A DNA stretch of 64,000 nucleotides from Vicinamibacterales bacterium (GTDB lineage: Bacteria; Acidobacteriota; Vicinamibacteria; Vicinamibacterales; UBA8438): the NCBI GenBank assembly GCA_965220695.1, contig OZ244838.1, positions 3,597,713 to 3,661,712 on the forward strand, written 5' to 3'. Below the pieces are notes generated by a model, which saw only the letters and a program-made list of their open reading frames with translations, was not told where the DNA came from and made no database searches. This document shows positions 1 through 9,936 of the stretch, piece after piece. The translations under genes and the position numbers were made by a program. The first letter of the stretch is position 1; each line of letters opens with the position of its first letter.

Positions 1-339
1 CTCTACAGCAACCAGCGCGGACCCGCAAGGAACATGACCATCCTGGCGACCGCCTGGTCCGACCCCGCGCGCGAGGCGCATTGGGGCGAACTGACGCACG
101 GCACGGGCGATCACGAACCGATCGCGCATACGGTGCGCTATGGGCAGGGCCGCGTCTTCGGCACCGCGATGGGACACGTGGACGGCGGCGCAGCGGTGGG
201 GTCGGGACCCTGGCCGGCGATGGAATGCGTCGGGTTCACGACGCTGATTCAACGGGCCGCCGAGTGGGCCGCGACCGGCGCCGTGACGCAGCCGGTCCCG
301 GACGACTTTCCAACTGCCGGGGCGATCAGTCTTCGGTAG
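1..339 (+). CDS. ThuA-like domain protein, 3' part (starts before window)
   Basis: Frame open from base 1 (LYSNQRGPARNMTILATAWSDP...HEPIAHTVRYGQGRVFGTAMGH...MECVGF...RAAEWAATG), typical ThuA-like C-terminus. Confidence 0.75.
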   Translation, partial: LYSNQRGPARNMTILATAWSDPAREAHWGELTHGTGDHEPIAHTVRYGQGRVFGTAMGHVDGGAAVGSGPWPAMECVGFTTLIQRAAEWAATGAVTQPVPDDFPTAGAISLR

Positions 340-378
340 CAGCGGCCACGCAGCAGCACTGAACGGAGGAACCGAATC

Positions 379-1953
379 GTGCGGTATGGCTGGTTCATCG
401 TCGCACTCTGTCTCGCCGGCGGATTCGGTGGCGCCGGCTCGCTGGCGGCCGAGGACAACGGCCTGGTCACCCTCGACAGCGGCGTGATCCGCGGCGCGCC
501 GGCGGCCGACGACGCCAGCGTCCGGGTCTTCAAGGGGGTGCCGTTCGCCGCGCCGCCGGTCGGCGAGCGGCGCTGGCGGCCGCCCCAACCGGTCGCGTCG
601 TGGATCGGGGAGCGAGCCGCGGATCAGTTCGGGCCGCGCTGCACCCAAGGCGTCCGCCCAGCCCCGGGCCGCGGCGGGTCGATCCCCCCGATCAGCGAAG
701 ACTGCCTGTATCTCAACATCTGGACCCCCGCCGCAGCGGACGAACGCCGGCCGGTCATGGTCTGGATTCACGGCGGCGGTCTGACGGGCGGCGCCGGGTC
801 CGGCTCGAGTTACGACGGCGCCAACCTGGCGCGGCGCGGGGTCGTGCTGGTCACGATCAACTACCGCCTCGGGCCCTTCGGCTATCTGGCGCATCCGCTC
901 CTGACGGCCGAATCCGAACACCGCGTCTCAGGCAACTACGGCGTTCTCGACCAGATCGCGGCGCTCGAGTGGGTGCAGCGCAACATCGCGGCGTTCGGCG
1001 GCGACCCCGATCGCGTGACCATCTTCGGCGAATCGGCCGGATCGTGGAGCGTGCAGACGCTCGTGGCCAGCCCGCTCGCCGGCGGACTGTTTCACCGCGC
1101 GATCGGTGAGAGCGGCGGCGTGCTGGGGTCGTACGGGGCAACACCCGACCTGCAGACGCTGGAAGTGGAGGGAGAGCGGTTCGGACTTGCCCTGCTGGGC
1201 ACCGGCGCCGAGGTGACCTTGCCCGCGCTGCGCGCCGTCTCGGCGGTCGACATCATGGACTCCATTCGCACCTCGGAGGGTCGCATCCGGACGCGGCCGG
1301 TCGTCGACGGACGGGTCTTGCCGGACACGGCGCGAGCGATCTTCGAGACCGGACGGCAGAACCGGGTGCCGGTCATGGTGGGCTGGAATGCCGACGAGGG
1401 CTCGCTGGCCGCCGGCGGCGCGCCGGACGATGTCGCCGCCTATCGAACATGGGCCCGCGAGACCTACGGCGATCTCGCCGAGGGGTTCCTGGACATCTAC
1501 GACGCCGCCACCCCGGCCGCGGCCAGAACGGCGTTTCTCGAGGCGTACGGCGACCGGAACTTCGGCTGGGAGATGCGCGAGTGGGCGCGTCTGACGAAGA
1601 CGGTCGGCCAGCCGGCGTTCCTGTATCACTTCAGCCGGGTCCCGCCGGGCAGCTCCACCGGGGTGTATCACGCCGCCGAGATCCGCTACGTGTTCGACAA
1701 CCTGCACGCCCCGGGCGCCCGTCATCAGTACACGCTGCTCGACACCTGGGTGTCCGACTTGATGGCCTCGTACTGGGTCGCGTTTGCCGAGACCGGCAAT
1801 CCCAATGTCGCCGGCACGTCGCTCTGGCTGGCCCATACGACGGAACGCGACGCGCTGCTGGACTTTGGCGATTCGGGAGTGCACCGGTTCGGCTTCCGCA
1901 AGACCGAACTGGACTTCTTCGACCGCTACTTTGCCTCCGGCGAGGGCCCATGA
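379..1953 (+). CDS. Type B carboxylesterase/lipase, secreted
   Basis: Signal peptide, SEDCLYLNIW, HGGG oxyanion loop, GESAG nucleophile elbow; RBS GGAGG. Confidence 0.93.
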   Translation: MRYGWFIVALCLAGGFGGAGSLAAEDNGLVTLDSGVIRGAPAADDASVRVFKGVPFAAPPVGERRWRPPQPVASWIGERAADQFGPRCTQGVRPAPGRGGSIPPISEDCLYLNIWTPAAADERRPVMVWIHGGGLTGGAGSGSSYDGANLARRGVVLVTINYRLGPFGYLAHPLLTAESEHRVSGNYGVLDQIAALEWVQRNIAAFGGDPDRVTIFGESAGSWSVQTLVASPLAGGLFHRAIGESGGVLGSYGATPDLQTLEVEGERFGLALLGTGAEVTLPALRAVSAVDIMDSIRTSEGRIRTRPVVDGRVLPDTARAIFETGRQNRVPVMVGWNADEGSLAAGGAPDDVAAYRTWARETYGDLAEGFLDIYDAATPAAARTAFLEAYGDRNFGWEMREWARLTKTVGQPAFLYHFSRVPPGSSTGVYHAAEIRYVFDNLHAPGARHQYTLLDTWVSDLMASYWVAFAETGNPNVAGTSLWLAHTTERDALLDFGDSGVHRFGFRKTELDFFDRYFASGEGP

Positions 1954-2099
1954 GGCGATTCCCGCGTCTTGCGGCCGGCGCGGTCACCCTGGCGGCGGCA
2001 CGACCCGCGTTACTCGACGCCGTCGTGGCGGCGGCCGAGCGCTATCAGATGGAGATGACGGTGGCGGAGCCGCTGTTCGACCTGCGCGGTCCGCCTTGA
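1950..2099 (+). pseudogene. 49-aa internally deleted gene remnant (signal-peptide start joined to a sulfatase-like C-terminal tail)
   Basis: ATGA overlap with esterase stop; MRRFPRLAAGAVTL then AAARPALLDAVVAAAERYQMEMTVAEPLFDLRGPP resembles arylsulfatase C-termini (recognition by eye). Confidence 0.4.
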
Positions 2100-2142
2100 T
2101 CCCTGCACTCACACACCAGAGCCACCCTGGCGCTGGTCCTCG

Positions 2143-3129
2143 TCAGAACACCGCAATCGGGTTGAGGGGCGATCCGGTGCCGCCCTCGACCGGAATCGGA
2201 CCGGCGGTGATCATGAACTCCCAGCGATTCTCGGCGGCGGCCGTCTCGGCCAGCGCCTCGAGATCCATGTTGTCGAAGATGTTGGCGCCGAACCCGGCGA
2301 TCAACATCGTGTGCACCGGCTGCCCGACCCCTTCCACCAGCGAGGGCATCACGTCGGTCGCCGCGTCGCTGCCGACGGCCGCAACACCGCGTTCCTTGAT
2401 CCACGGCAGCACGGACGCGTGCAGACCGGCGCTGTTGCCGGACACCTGCCACGGTCCGAGCGCGGCCCGGCGCGCCCAGCGCCCGGTACGCACGAAGATG
2501 ATGTCGCCGGCCGACACCGTGACGCCCGCCTGCGCCTCCCACGCCTCGATGTCTTCGACGTAGATGGGCGTCTGCGGCTCCAGATAGTCGACACCCTTCA
2601 GACGCGCGAAGTCGAGCAGGATGCCGCGCGTGACGATGCCGCTCTTGAGATTCTGGATCCCCAGCTTGCCGCAGCCCTCCGGGGTGCTCTCGGACGGCAA
2701 GATGTCGTTGTAGAGCCGGTCGTTCCAGAGAAAGTGGCACAGGGAGTCGATATGACTGACGCCGTAGCCGTGATACGTGAACTCGTAGGTGTCGCTGCGC
2801 AGGCTGCGGCCCATGGTGTGGTTGAACGCCCTGTCCGGATTGTCCGCGTACTCGCCCGGCATCGGGTTGTGGGCGAGCGACACGGTGATGCCCGACCGGA
2901 CGAGGGCCGCCGCCTCGCGGGTCTTCTGCGGGGTGATCAGGTTCATGGCGCCGAGCTCGTCGTCAGCGCCCCACCGGCCCCAGTTGTTGAGCTCCTGGAA
3001 CATCGCGTCGAACTCCTCGATATTCCGCGGCCGGCGCGGTTCCTGCGTATCCACGGCGGCGGAGCACCCGGCGGCCAGCGCAGCGACGGCCGCCAGCCAC
3101 GCGACGGCAGTTCTGGATCTCGGTGTCAT
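2143..3129 (-). CDS. Cyclase family (kynurenine formamidase-like) metal-dependent hydrolase, lipoprotein
   Basis: Lipobox LAAGC; NWGRWG.DDELG, HGYGVSHIDSLCH, TGSPLNPIAVF. Confidence 0.9.
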   Translation of the reverse strand: MTPRSRTAVAWLAAVAALAAGCSAAVDTQEPRRPRNIEEFDAMFQELNNWGRWGADDELGAMNLITPQKTREAAALVRSGITVSLAHNPMPGEYADNPDRAFNHTMGRSLRSDTYEFTYHGYGVSHIDSLCHFLWNDRLYNDILPSESTPEGCGKLGIQNLKSGIVTRGILLDFARLKGVDYLEPQTPIYVEDIEAWEAQAGVTVSAGDIIFVRTGRWARRAALGPWQVSGNSAGLHASVLPWIKERGVAAVGSDAATDVMPSLVEGVGQPVHTMLIAGFGANIFDNMDLEALAETAAAENRWEFMITAGPIPVEGGTGSPLNPIAVF

Positions 3130-3323
3130 GCCTTTGCTCTCCGGTTCTGAAATGCGGTGACGTCACCGTGCATTATGACGGAACGGCGGGGCCGCGTCAC
3201 GAGCCGCCGCGCTGCATGGACCGGCCTTCTTCGCCAATGGCGCGTATAATTCCGCTGAGACCTGCGCGGCCGCAGGAGAAGATCCCAGGAAGATCCCGGA
3301 AAGAAAGACCCCAGGAGAGATTG

Positions 3324-4766
3324 ATGCGTCATCTACCAGGTTCCGCAACAACGACCGCGCTGGCGACCGTGCTGGTCACGTGCCTCGCCGTGACCGCGCT
3401 CTCGCGCGAGAACGAGAACTGGCCGTCGTTTCGAGGCGCCGATGCGCTGCCCGTCGCCGAGGACGACCCGCGCCTGCCGCTGACGTGGAGCGCCACCGAG
3501 AACGTCGTGTGGAAGACGCCGATCGACGGCCTCGGCTGGTCGTCACCCGTCGTCTGGGACAACCGGATATTCCTCACCACCGCGGTCAGCGACGGCGAGA
3601 CCCAGGAACCGCGCATGGGACTGTATTTCCCCTTCGGTTCGCCCGCGACAACGGACGACGGCAGATTCCCCGACCCGAGGGAAGGCGATCTGATGGAGCG
3701 CGAGGTGGACGTGCACCACTGGCTGGTCCACGCCCTCGACGTCGACACCGGCCAGATTGTCTGGACGTCGGAGGTCCACACCGGTCGACCGCAGTTCGAT
3801 CGCCACCTCAAGAACACCTTCGCCTCGGCCACGCCGGTGACGGACGGCGAACGGGTCTATGCCTACTTCGGCAACATCGGCGTCTACGCTCTCGACATGG
3901 ACGGCGCGCTGGTCTGGGAACGGCGGTTCGATCCGGCCGAGACGCGGCTGGGCTGGGGACCGGCGGCCTCGCCGGTCCTGCATGACGGCACGCTCTTCAT
4001 CGTCAACGACAACGATGAACAGTCGTTCGTGGTGGCGCTGGACGCCGCAACGGGCGCCGAGCGCTGGCGGGCCGACCGTGACGAGGGCACGAACTGGTCG
4101 ACGCCGTTCGTCTGGCAGCACGACCAGCGCACCGAGCTGGTGACGGCGGGCAGCGATCAGGTGCGGTCCTACGACCTCGACGGGAACGATCTCTGGTCCT
4201 TCCGCGGCCTGAACTCGATCTCGATCCCCCAGCCCTACAGCGCGCACGGCCTCCTGTACGTCACCTCGGGGTACGTCGGCGACGCGATCAGACCGGTGTA
4301 TGCCATCCGTCCAGGCGCGTCGGGCGACATCAGCCTGCGGGACGGGCAACGGAGCAACGACGCCATCGTCTGGTATCAGAACGCCGCCGGACCGTATCAC
4401 CCCACGCCCCTGGTCTACGGCGACTACTACTTCACGCTCCTGGACCAGGGGTTCTACACCGTCCACGACGCGCACACGGGCGAGGAGCTGTACTTCACGG
4501 AACAACAGGTATTGACGCAGGAGGTGCGCCGTCGCGTCGCGCGCGGCACCGGGGGCTTCACCGCCTCCCCATGGGCGTACAACGGCAAGATCTTCGCGAT
4601 CAGCGAGGATGGGGACACGTACGTCTTCGACGCCGCGGACGACTTCAACGTCATCGCCACCAACGCCCTCGACGAAGTCGCCATGTCGAGTCCGGCGATC
4701 GCCCAGGGCAGCCTGTTCATCCGCACGCGGTCACACTTGTGGCGACTGAGCAATCAGACCGACTGA
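3324..4766 (+). CDS. PQQ-binding-like beta-propeller repeat protein (BamB-like)
   Basis: NWPSFRG, ENVVWKTPIDGLGWSSPVVW, repeated SP/TP-W blades; GGAG RBS before ATG 3324. Confidence 0.85.
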   Translation: MRHLPGSATTTALATVLVTCLAVTALSRENENWPSFRGADALPVAEDDPRLPLTWSATENVVWKTPIDGLGWSSPVVWDNRIFLTTAVSDGETQEPRMGLYFPFGSPATTDDGRFPDPREGDLMEREVDVHHWLVHALDVDTGQIVWTSEVHTGRPQFDRHLKNTFASATPVTDGERVYAYFGNIGVYALDMDGALVWERRFDPAETRLGWGPAASPVLHDGTLFIVNDNDEQSFVVALDAATGAERWRADRDEGTNWSTPFVWQHDQRTELVTAGSDQVRSYDLDGNDLWSFRGLNSISIPQPYSAHGLLYVTSGYVGDAIRPVYAIRPGASGDISLRDGQRSNDAIVWYQNAAGPYHPTPLVYGDYYFTLLDQGFYTVHDAHTGEELYFTEQQVLTQEVRRRVARGTGGFTASPWAYNGKIFAISEDGDTYVFDAADDFNVIATNALDEVAMSSPAIAQGSLFIRTRSHLWRLSNQTD

Positions 4767-4782
4767 CATCCAAGGAGAAGGC

Positions 4783-6750
4783 GTGATGCACACAGGCCCA
4801 CGGCTTCGGTCTCTCGCCGGCGTATCGCCGGTAGCCCTGCTCACGCTGCTCTGCGCGTCGGCGGCGGCCCAATCGACCGTGCCTGACGGCGAATGGCACG
4901 CGTTCGGACGGGACGGGGCCAACACCAAGTACTCGCCTCTCGACCAGATCACCGCCGAGAACTTCACCGACCTGGAGATCGCCTGGCGCTGGACGTCGCT
5001 CTCGAGAGCGGTCGTCGAGAGCAACGAGCGCATCCGGCCCAGTCAGTTCAAGTCGTCGCCGCTCATGGCCGGCGGGCTGGTCTACGTCAGCACCGCGCTG
5101 GGACAGGTGGCGGCGCTCGACGCAGGCACCGGCGAGCCGGTCTGGACCTACGATCCCCGGATCTACGACGATCTGGAGCGGCCGCCCAACATGGGCTGGC
5201 ACCATCGCGGCGTCTCCTACTGGAAGGACGACGAAAGCGATGACGCCCGCATCTACATCGCCAACCACGACCTGAAGCTGGTGGCGCTCGACGCGCGCAC
5301 CGGCGCGCTGTATCCGGGCTTCGGCGAGAACGGCTACGTCGACCTGACCAAGGGCTACGAGCGCGAGATCGACGCCTCGCGCATGACCTATTCCTCGCCG
5401 GTCGCGGTGGCCGGCGACACCATCATCACCGGCAGCATCATCCAGGACACCAACATCAGGCTGCGCGAGGCATCACCCGGACACGTGCGCGCCTACGACG
5501 CCCGCAGCGGCGCAATGAAGTGGATTTTCCACACGATTCCGCAGGGGGACGAATTCGGCGTCGACTCCTGGCAGAACGAGTCGTGGCGGTACAGCGGACA
5601 CTCGAACGTGTGGTCCTACATGGCGGTCGATGAAGAACTGGGCCTCGTCTACCTGCCCACCGGCACACCATCGAACGACTGGTACGGCGGGATGCGGCCC
5701 GGGGACAACCTGTTCGCCGAGAGCATCGTGGCGGTCGACATCGAGACAGGCCAGCGGGCCTGGCACTTCCAGGCGATTCACCACGGCCTCTGGGACTGGG
5801 ACTTCCCGACCGGGCCGAACCTGCTCGACATCACCGTCGACGGTCGCGAGATCAAGGCGCTGGCGCAGGTGAGCAAGCAGGCGTTCACCTACGTGTTCGA
5901 CCGCGCGACCGGCGAACCGGTGTGGCCGATCGAGGAACGGCCGGTGCCGCAGGGCAACGTGCCGGGCGAGTGGTACTCTCCCACCCAGCCGTTCCCGACC
6001 AAACCGCCGCCGTTCGACCGGCAGGGCTTCAGCATCGACGACGTGATCGACTTCACGCCGGAGTTGCGGGCCGAGGCCCTTGAGCTCATCGACGACCGCG
6101 CACGATTCGGACCGCTGTTCTCGCCCCCGGTCCTGCGCGGCGACGAGAAACCCTACATCCAGGTGCCGGGCGCCGGGGGAGGCGCGAACTGGCAGGGCGC
6201 GGCCGTCGACGTGGAAACCGGGCAACTGTACGTCTCGTCGTCGAGCACACTGATCGTGGTCGATCTGATCAAGTACGACCCGCCGGCGACGATCGGGTAC
6301 TTCACCGATCCCTGGGGCAGCGGACTGCCGGGGCCACAGAGTCTGCCGCTGTTCAAACCGCCCTACAAGCGGGTGACCGCGCTCGACCTGAACACCGGCG
6401 AGCAGGCCTGGATGCAACCGCACGGGGACGGCCCGAGAAACCACGAGGCGTTGCGCGACCTGAACCTGCCGCCCCTGGGCGGCGGCGGCGGCATCAGCTC
6501 GGGGCCGCTGGTGACCCCGACGCTCCTCATCATGAACCACGGCGGACGCGGCTACGAGGACCAGCCGGAATCGATCCGCACCATCAGCGCCTACGACAAG
6601 GACTCGGGTGAGCACCTGGGCTCGGTGGACCTGCCGGCGGTGCCGGGGGGCAACCCGGTGACCTATCTGCACGAGGGCAAGCAGTACCTGGTGGTCGCGG
6701 TCGGCAGCGGCGGCCGCACGGCGGAGCTGCTGGCATTGACGCTGCCGTGA
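4783..6750 (+). CDS. PQQ-dependent dehydrogenase (glucose/quinate/shikimate-like, soluble)
   Basis: KYSPLDQI, PGHVRAYD, GDNLFAES, HHGLWDWDFP, SPTQPFP, GGANW motifs. Confidence 0.9.
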   Translation: MMHTGPRLRSLAGVSPVALLTLLCASAAAQSTVPDGEWHAFGRDGANTKYSPLDQITAENFTDLEIAWRWTSLSRAVVESNERIRPSQFKSSPLMAGGLVYVSTALGQVAALDAGTGEPVWTYDPRIYDDLERPPNMGWHHRGVSYWKDDESDDARIYIANHDLKLVALDARTGALYPGFGENGYVDLTKGYEREIDASRMTYSSPVAVAGDTIITGSIIQDTNIRLREASPGHVRAYDARSGAMKWIFHTIPQGDEFGVDSWQNESWRYSGHSNVWSYMAVDEELGLVYLPTGTPSNDWYGGMRPGDNLFAESIVAVDIETGQRAWHFQAIHHGLWDWDFPTGPNLLDITVDGREIKALAQVSKQAFTYVFDRATGEPVWPIEERPVPQGNVPGEWYSPTQPFPTKPPPFDRQGFSIDDVIDFTPELRAEALELIDDRARFGPLFSPPVLRGDEKPYIQVPGAGGGANWQGAAVDVETGQLYVSSSSTLIVVDLIKYDPPATIGYFTDPWGSGLPGPQSLPLFKPPYKRVTALDLNTGEQAWMQPHGDGPRNHEALRDLNLPPLGGGGGISSGPLVTPTLLIMNHGGRGYEDQPESIRTISAYDKDSGEHLGSVDLPAVPGGNPVTYLHEGKQYLVVAVGSGGRTAELLALTLP

Positions 6751-6751
6751 C

Positions 6752-6861
6752 CTGGCAGTCCGTGGTGAAACCCCGCTGCATTCGATCCCCGCAGAATTCT
6801 GCTGTTTCAAGCTGAATTCTGCGGTTTCAAGGCAGACGAACAGGGCAACCACAAGGGTTGC
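6752..6861 (-). mobile_element. Right-end portion of the MITE family (inverted copy)
   Basis: CTGGCAGTCCGTGGTGAAACCCCGCTGCATTCGATCCCCGCAGAATTC is the reverse complement of the element right end at about 22880-22934. Confidence 0.8.
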
Positions 6862-6978
6862 TTCTCGCCTTGCTCAGAACAGGGCAACCACAAGGGTTGC
6901 CCCTACACGGTGCGACCAGGCAACCACAAGGGTTGCCCCTACACGGTGCGACCGGGCAACCACAAGGGTTGCTTCTAC
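6843..6978 (-). repeat. Four tandem GTAG-type REP palindromes (GTAGGGGCAACCCTTGTGGTTGCCC)
   Basis: Copies start at 6843, 6882, 6918 and 6954 (period 39/36/36); GGCAACC...GGTTGCC stem; GTAG tetranucleotide on the minus strand in three of four. Confidence 0.9.
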
Positions 6979-7040
6979 ACGGTGCGGATCGGCGCCGCCG
7001 ACACTCGGCGGGCAACACGGATATAATCTGCGCACACATC

Positions 7041-7286
7041 ATGTTGTTTGTCGCAATTATCGACCTCTACTCGCTGATCGTCTTCGTGGCGGTCATACTG
7101 TCGTGGATACAACTTCCCCCGACGAACCCGTTCGCGCAGTTCGTTCACAACCTGACCGAGCCGGCGCTCGCACCCATTCGACGGATGCTGCCGCCCGTCA
7201 GCGGTATCGACTTCTCGCCGCTGGTGCTGCTGCTCGGACTGCGCCTGCTCAGCAGCGTGCTGGCCGCCGCCAGCGGCGGCCAGTAA
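7041..7286 (+). CDS. yggT: YggT family membrane protein
   Basis: ILSW...NP...LTEPALAPIRR.LP...GIDFSPLV. Confidence 0.9.
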   Translation: MLFVAIIDLYSLIVFVAVILSWIQLPPTNPFAQFVHNLTEPALAPIRRMLPPVSGIDFSPLVLLLGLRLLSSVLAAASGGQ

Positions 7287-7360
7287 TCGACAATAATCGA
7301 CGCAGGACGGGTCGCTGTCCGTCTTTCGTGCCGTCAAGGCTCCGGAGAAACAGGAGTATC

Positions 7361-9046
7361 GTGGCTGAATCAGAACAGGCGGTGGCCGTCGACACGGCGC
7401 CGGAGCTTCCCGTCCACACGTGCCGCAAGTGCAGCCTGGAGATCGACGAGGCTGCCTTTGCCGCCGAGTTGCGGGTGTGCGGGGGGTGCGGTCATCACAG
7501 TCCGCTCACCGCACTGGAGTGGATCGACCACCTCTCCGATCGCGGATCGTTCCGTGAAATCGGCAAGCGGTTGTACTCGTCCGATCCACTCGATTTCAGC
7601 GTCAGCGGGCCGTATCGCCAGCGGCTGCGCGAGGCTGAGCGGCGGACCGGCATGCAGGAAGCGGCCCTGGCCGGCGAGGCGCAGCTCGACGGACGGCCGC
7701 TGGTGCTGGTGTCGCTCGAGTTCGATTTCCTCGGCGGAACGATGGGGTCGGTGGTCGGCGAAAAGGTGGCGCGCGCCTTCGAGGTCGCGACCCGGCGCAA
7801 GCGCCCGGTGGTGTCCATCATCGCCAGCGGAGGGGCGCGCATCCAGGAGGGCATGCTCGCGCTGATGCAGATGGCGAAGACCGCCATGGCGGTCGCCGCG
7901 CACCACGAGGCACGGCTGCCCTACATCTCGGTGCTGACCAACCCGAGTTTCGGGGGCACGTTCGCGAGCTTCGGGTCGCTGGGCGACATCCTGATCGGCG
8001 AACCGGGGGCGCAGATCGGCTTCGTCGGTGCACGCGTCGTCGAGGGCACGATCGCCGAGAAGATCCCGAAGGCGCAGCGACGGGCCGAGGCCCTGCTCGA
8101 ACGCGGCATGATCGACATGATCGTCGAGCGGCCGTTGCTGCGAAACCGGCTGGCGGTGCTTGTCTCGCAGCTCGCCGCACCTCGGACGAACGCCTGGGCG
8201 ACGATGCAACTGGCCCCCACCCCGAAGGCGACCCGCACGCCGTCCGAAGTGATCGAACTGGCCCGCACCCCGTCCCGCCCGCGCGCCGCCGCCTATGTCG
8301 AACGGGTGTTCCAGGCGTTCAGCCCGTTGCACGGCGACCGCTGCTACGGCGACGACCCGGCCATCGCCGGCGGCATCGCCGACCTGCAGGGGCATCCGGT
8401 CGTCGTGATCGCACAGTGGGGCGAGATGATGCCGATGCCGGAGGGCTACCGGAAAGCGCAACGGCTGATGCGGCTGGCGGCGAAATGCAGTCTGCCGGTG
8501 GTCACGCTGGTCGATACGCGGGGCGCGTTTCCCGGGCTCGAGGCAGAGCGGCGGGGCATCGCGCAGGCCATCGGCGAGAGTCTCGGCACGCTGGCGCGAC
8601 TACCGGTGCCGATCGTCAATATCGTCATCGGCGAAGGGGGCTCGGGCGGTGCGCTGGCCCTCGGTCTGGCCGACGTCATCCTGATGCAGGAAAACGCGAT
8701 CTACTCCGTCATCGCCCCGGAAGGCGCCGCGGCGATTCTGTTGCACGATGCCGCCCGCACCGACGAGTTGCTGCCCGCCCTGAAGCTCCGTGCGCACGAT
8801 CTGCTCGAGCTCGGGGTCATTGACGACATCGTCCCCGAACCGCCGGGCGGGGCGCATCGAGACCCGGACGCGGCGGCGCGACAGGTGCTGGAGCGCACGA
8901 TCCACCACCTGGCCCACCTGTCGGCCTTGAAGCCGAAGCGGCTCCTCCGTCGCCGGGCGGAGCGCTTTCGGGCGATCGGGAAGTTCGAGCGCAGCATCGT
9001 GCATCGAGCCCGTGATATCGTCGCGCGGATACGCGAGAATCAATGA
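7361..9046 (+). CDS. accDA: Fused acetyl-CoA carboxylase carboxyltransferase beta+alpha (AccD-AccA)
   Basis: N-terminal CxxC..CxxC zinc finger, FLGGTMGSVVGEK, SGGARIQEG; then LHGDR.YGDD, PEGYRKA, GEGGSGGAL, YSVIAPEG; GTG with AGGAG RBS. Confidence 0.9.
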   Translation: MAESEQAVAVDTAPELPVHTCRKCSLEIDEAAFAAELRVCGGCGHHSPLTALEWIDHLSDRGSFREIGKRLYSSDPLDFSVSGPYRQRLREAERRTGMQEAALAGEAQLDGRPLVLVSLEFDFLGGTMGSVVGEKVARAFEVATRRKRPVVSIIASGGARIQEGMLALMQMAKTAMAVAAHHEARLPYISVLTNPSFGGTFASFGSLGDILIGEPGAQIGFVGARVVEGTIAEKIPKAQRRAEALLERGMIDMIVERPLLRNRLAVLVSQLAAPRTNAWATMQLAPTPKATRTPSEVIELARTPSRPRAAAYVERVFQAFSPLHGDRCYGDDPAIAGGIADLQGHPVVVIAQWGEMMPMPEGYRKAQRLMRLAAKCSLPVVTLVDTRGAFPGLEAERRGIAQAIGESLGTLARLPVPIVNIVIGEGGSGGALALGLADVILMQENAIYSVIAPEGAAAILLHDAARTDELLPALKLRAHDLLELGVIDDIVPEPPGGAHRDPDAAARQVLERTIHHLAHLSALKPKRLLRRRAERFRAIGKFERSIVHRARDIVARIRENQ

Positions 9047-9130
9047 GACCTGCGAAACGCACTATGATTCATCAGGAGCGTCGTCACCGGCGCCGCTCCA
9101 ACGTGACTACTCCATACTCCGGAGGGCAAC

Positions 9131-9934
9131 ATGTCGATCCGTAGCCTGTGGGCGTTCACGGCGGCGCTGTTCCTGGCGGCGCTGTATCTCGCAATGGCCC
9201 CCGCCGCTCCACGCGCCCAGGACACCGAGAACCAGTTCACGACCCCGCTCGACATCCGCATGGGTCAACGGGTCTTCCGGCAGCAGTGCGGCCGCTGTCA
9301 TGGGCGTAACGGCGGCGGCGGCGAGCTGGGTCCGGACCTGACGCAAGGATTTCAGAACACCAGCACCGACGCCGGACTGTTCAATATCATCCGGGAAGGC
9401 CTGCCCAACACCGAGATGATCGGAATCAGTCAGCGCTCGACCGATCAGTCGGTCTGGATGATCGTCAGTTACCTGAACTCGCTGAACGACACCGCTGCCG
9501 CCGATCTGCCGGGCGATGCTGCCAATGGAGCGCTGGTGTTCAACGGCAAGGGCAATTGCAGCAGTTGCCACATGGTCAGCGGCCAGGGCGGCCGTCGCGG
9601 GCCGGAATTGACCCGTGTCGGCAACCGCCGCGACGCCGACGAACTGCTCAGCGACCTCCGGACGCCGGACGAGGACCTCGCGCCACGCTGGTGGACGATG
9701 CGGGTCACCCGGGCAGACGGTTCGGTGATCTCCGGGTTGCGGATGAACGAGGATACGTTCTCGATCCGCATCATGGACGACAACGAAGATCTCTGGTCCT
9801 TCACCAAGGGGTCTCTGCAAGACTACGAACGCATCAAGACGTCGACCATGCCCAGCGTGAACGGCATCTTGACCGACAGTGAAGTCGACGACCTGATCGC
9901 ATACCTGTACACGCTGCGGCGGGAGGACAGTTGA
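9131..9934 (+). CDS. Di-heme c-type cytochrome (partner of the downstream quinoprotein)
   Basis: Signal peptide; CGRCH and CSSCH; GPDL/GPEL; STMP...LIAYL. Confidence 0.88.
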   Translation: MSIRSLWAFTAALFLAALYLAMAPAAPRAQDTENQFTTPLDIRMGQRVFRQQCGRCHGRNGGGGELGPDLTQGFQNTSTDAGLFNIIREGLPNTEMIGISQRSTDQSVWMIVSYLNSLNDTAAADLPGDAANGALVFNGKGNCSSCHMVSGQGGRRGPELTRVGNRRDADELLSDLRTPDEDLAPRWWTMRVTRADGSVISGLRMNEDTFSIRIMDDNEDLWSFTKGSLQDYERIKTSTMPSVNGILTDSEVDDLIAYLYTLRREDS

Positions 9935-9936
9935 CC

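Noticed and set aside
6843-6978. Possible mini CRISPR array
   Set aside because: Linkers are only about 11-14 bp and nearly identical, the repeat is a GTAG REP palindrome found singly elsewhere, and there are no cas genes
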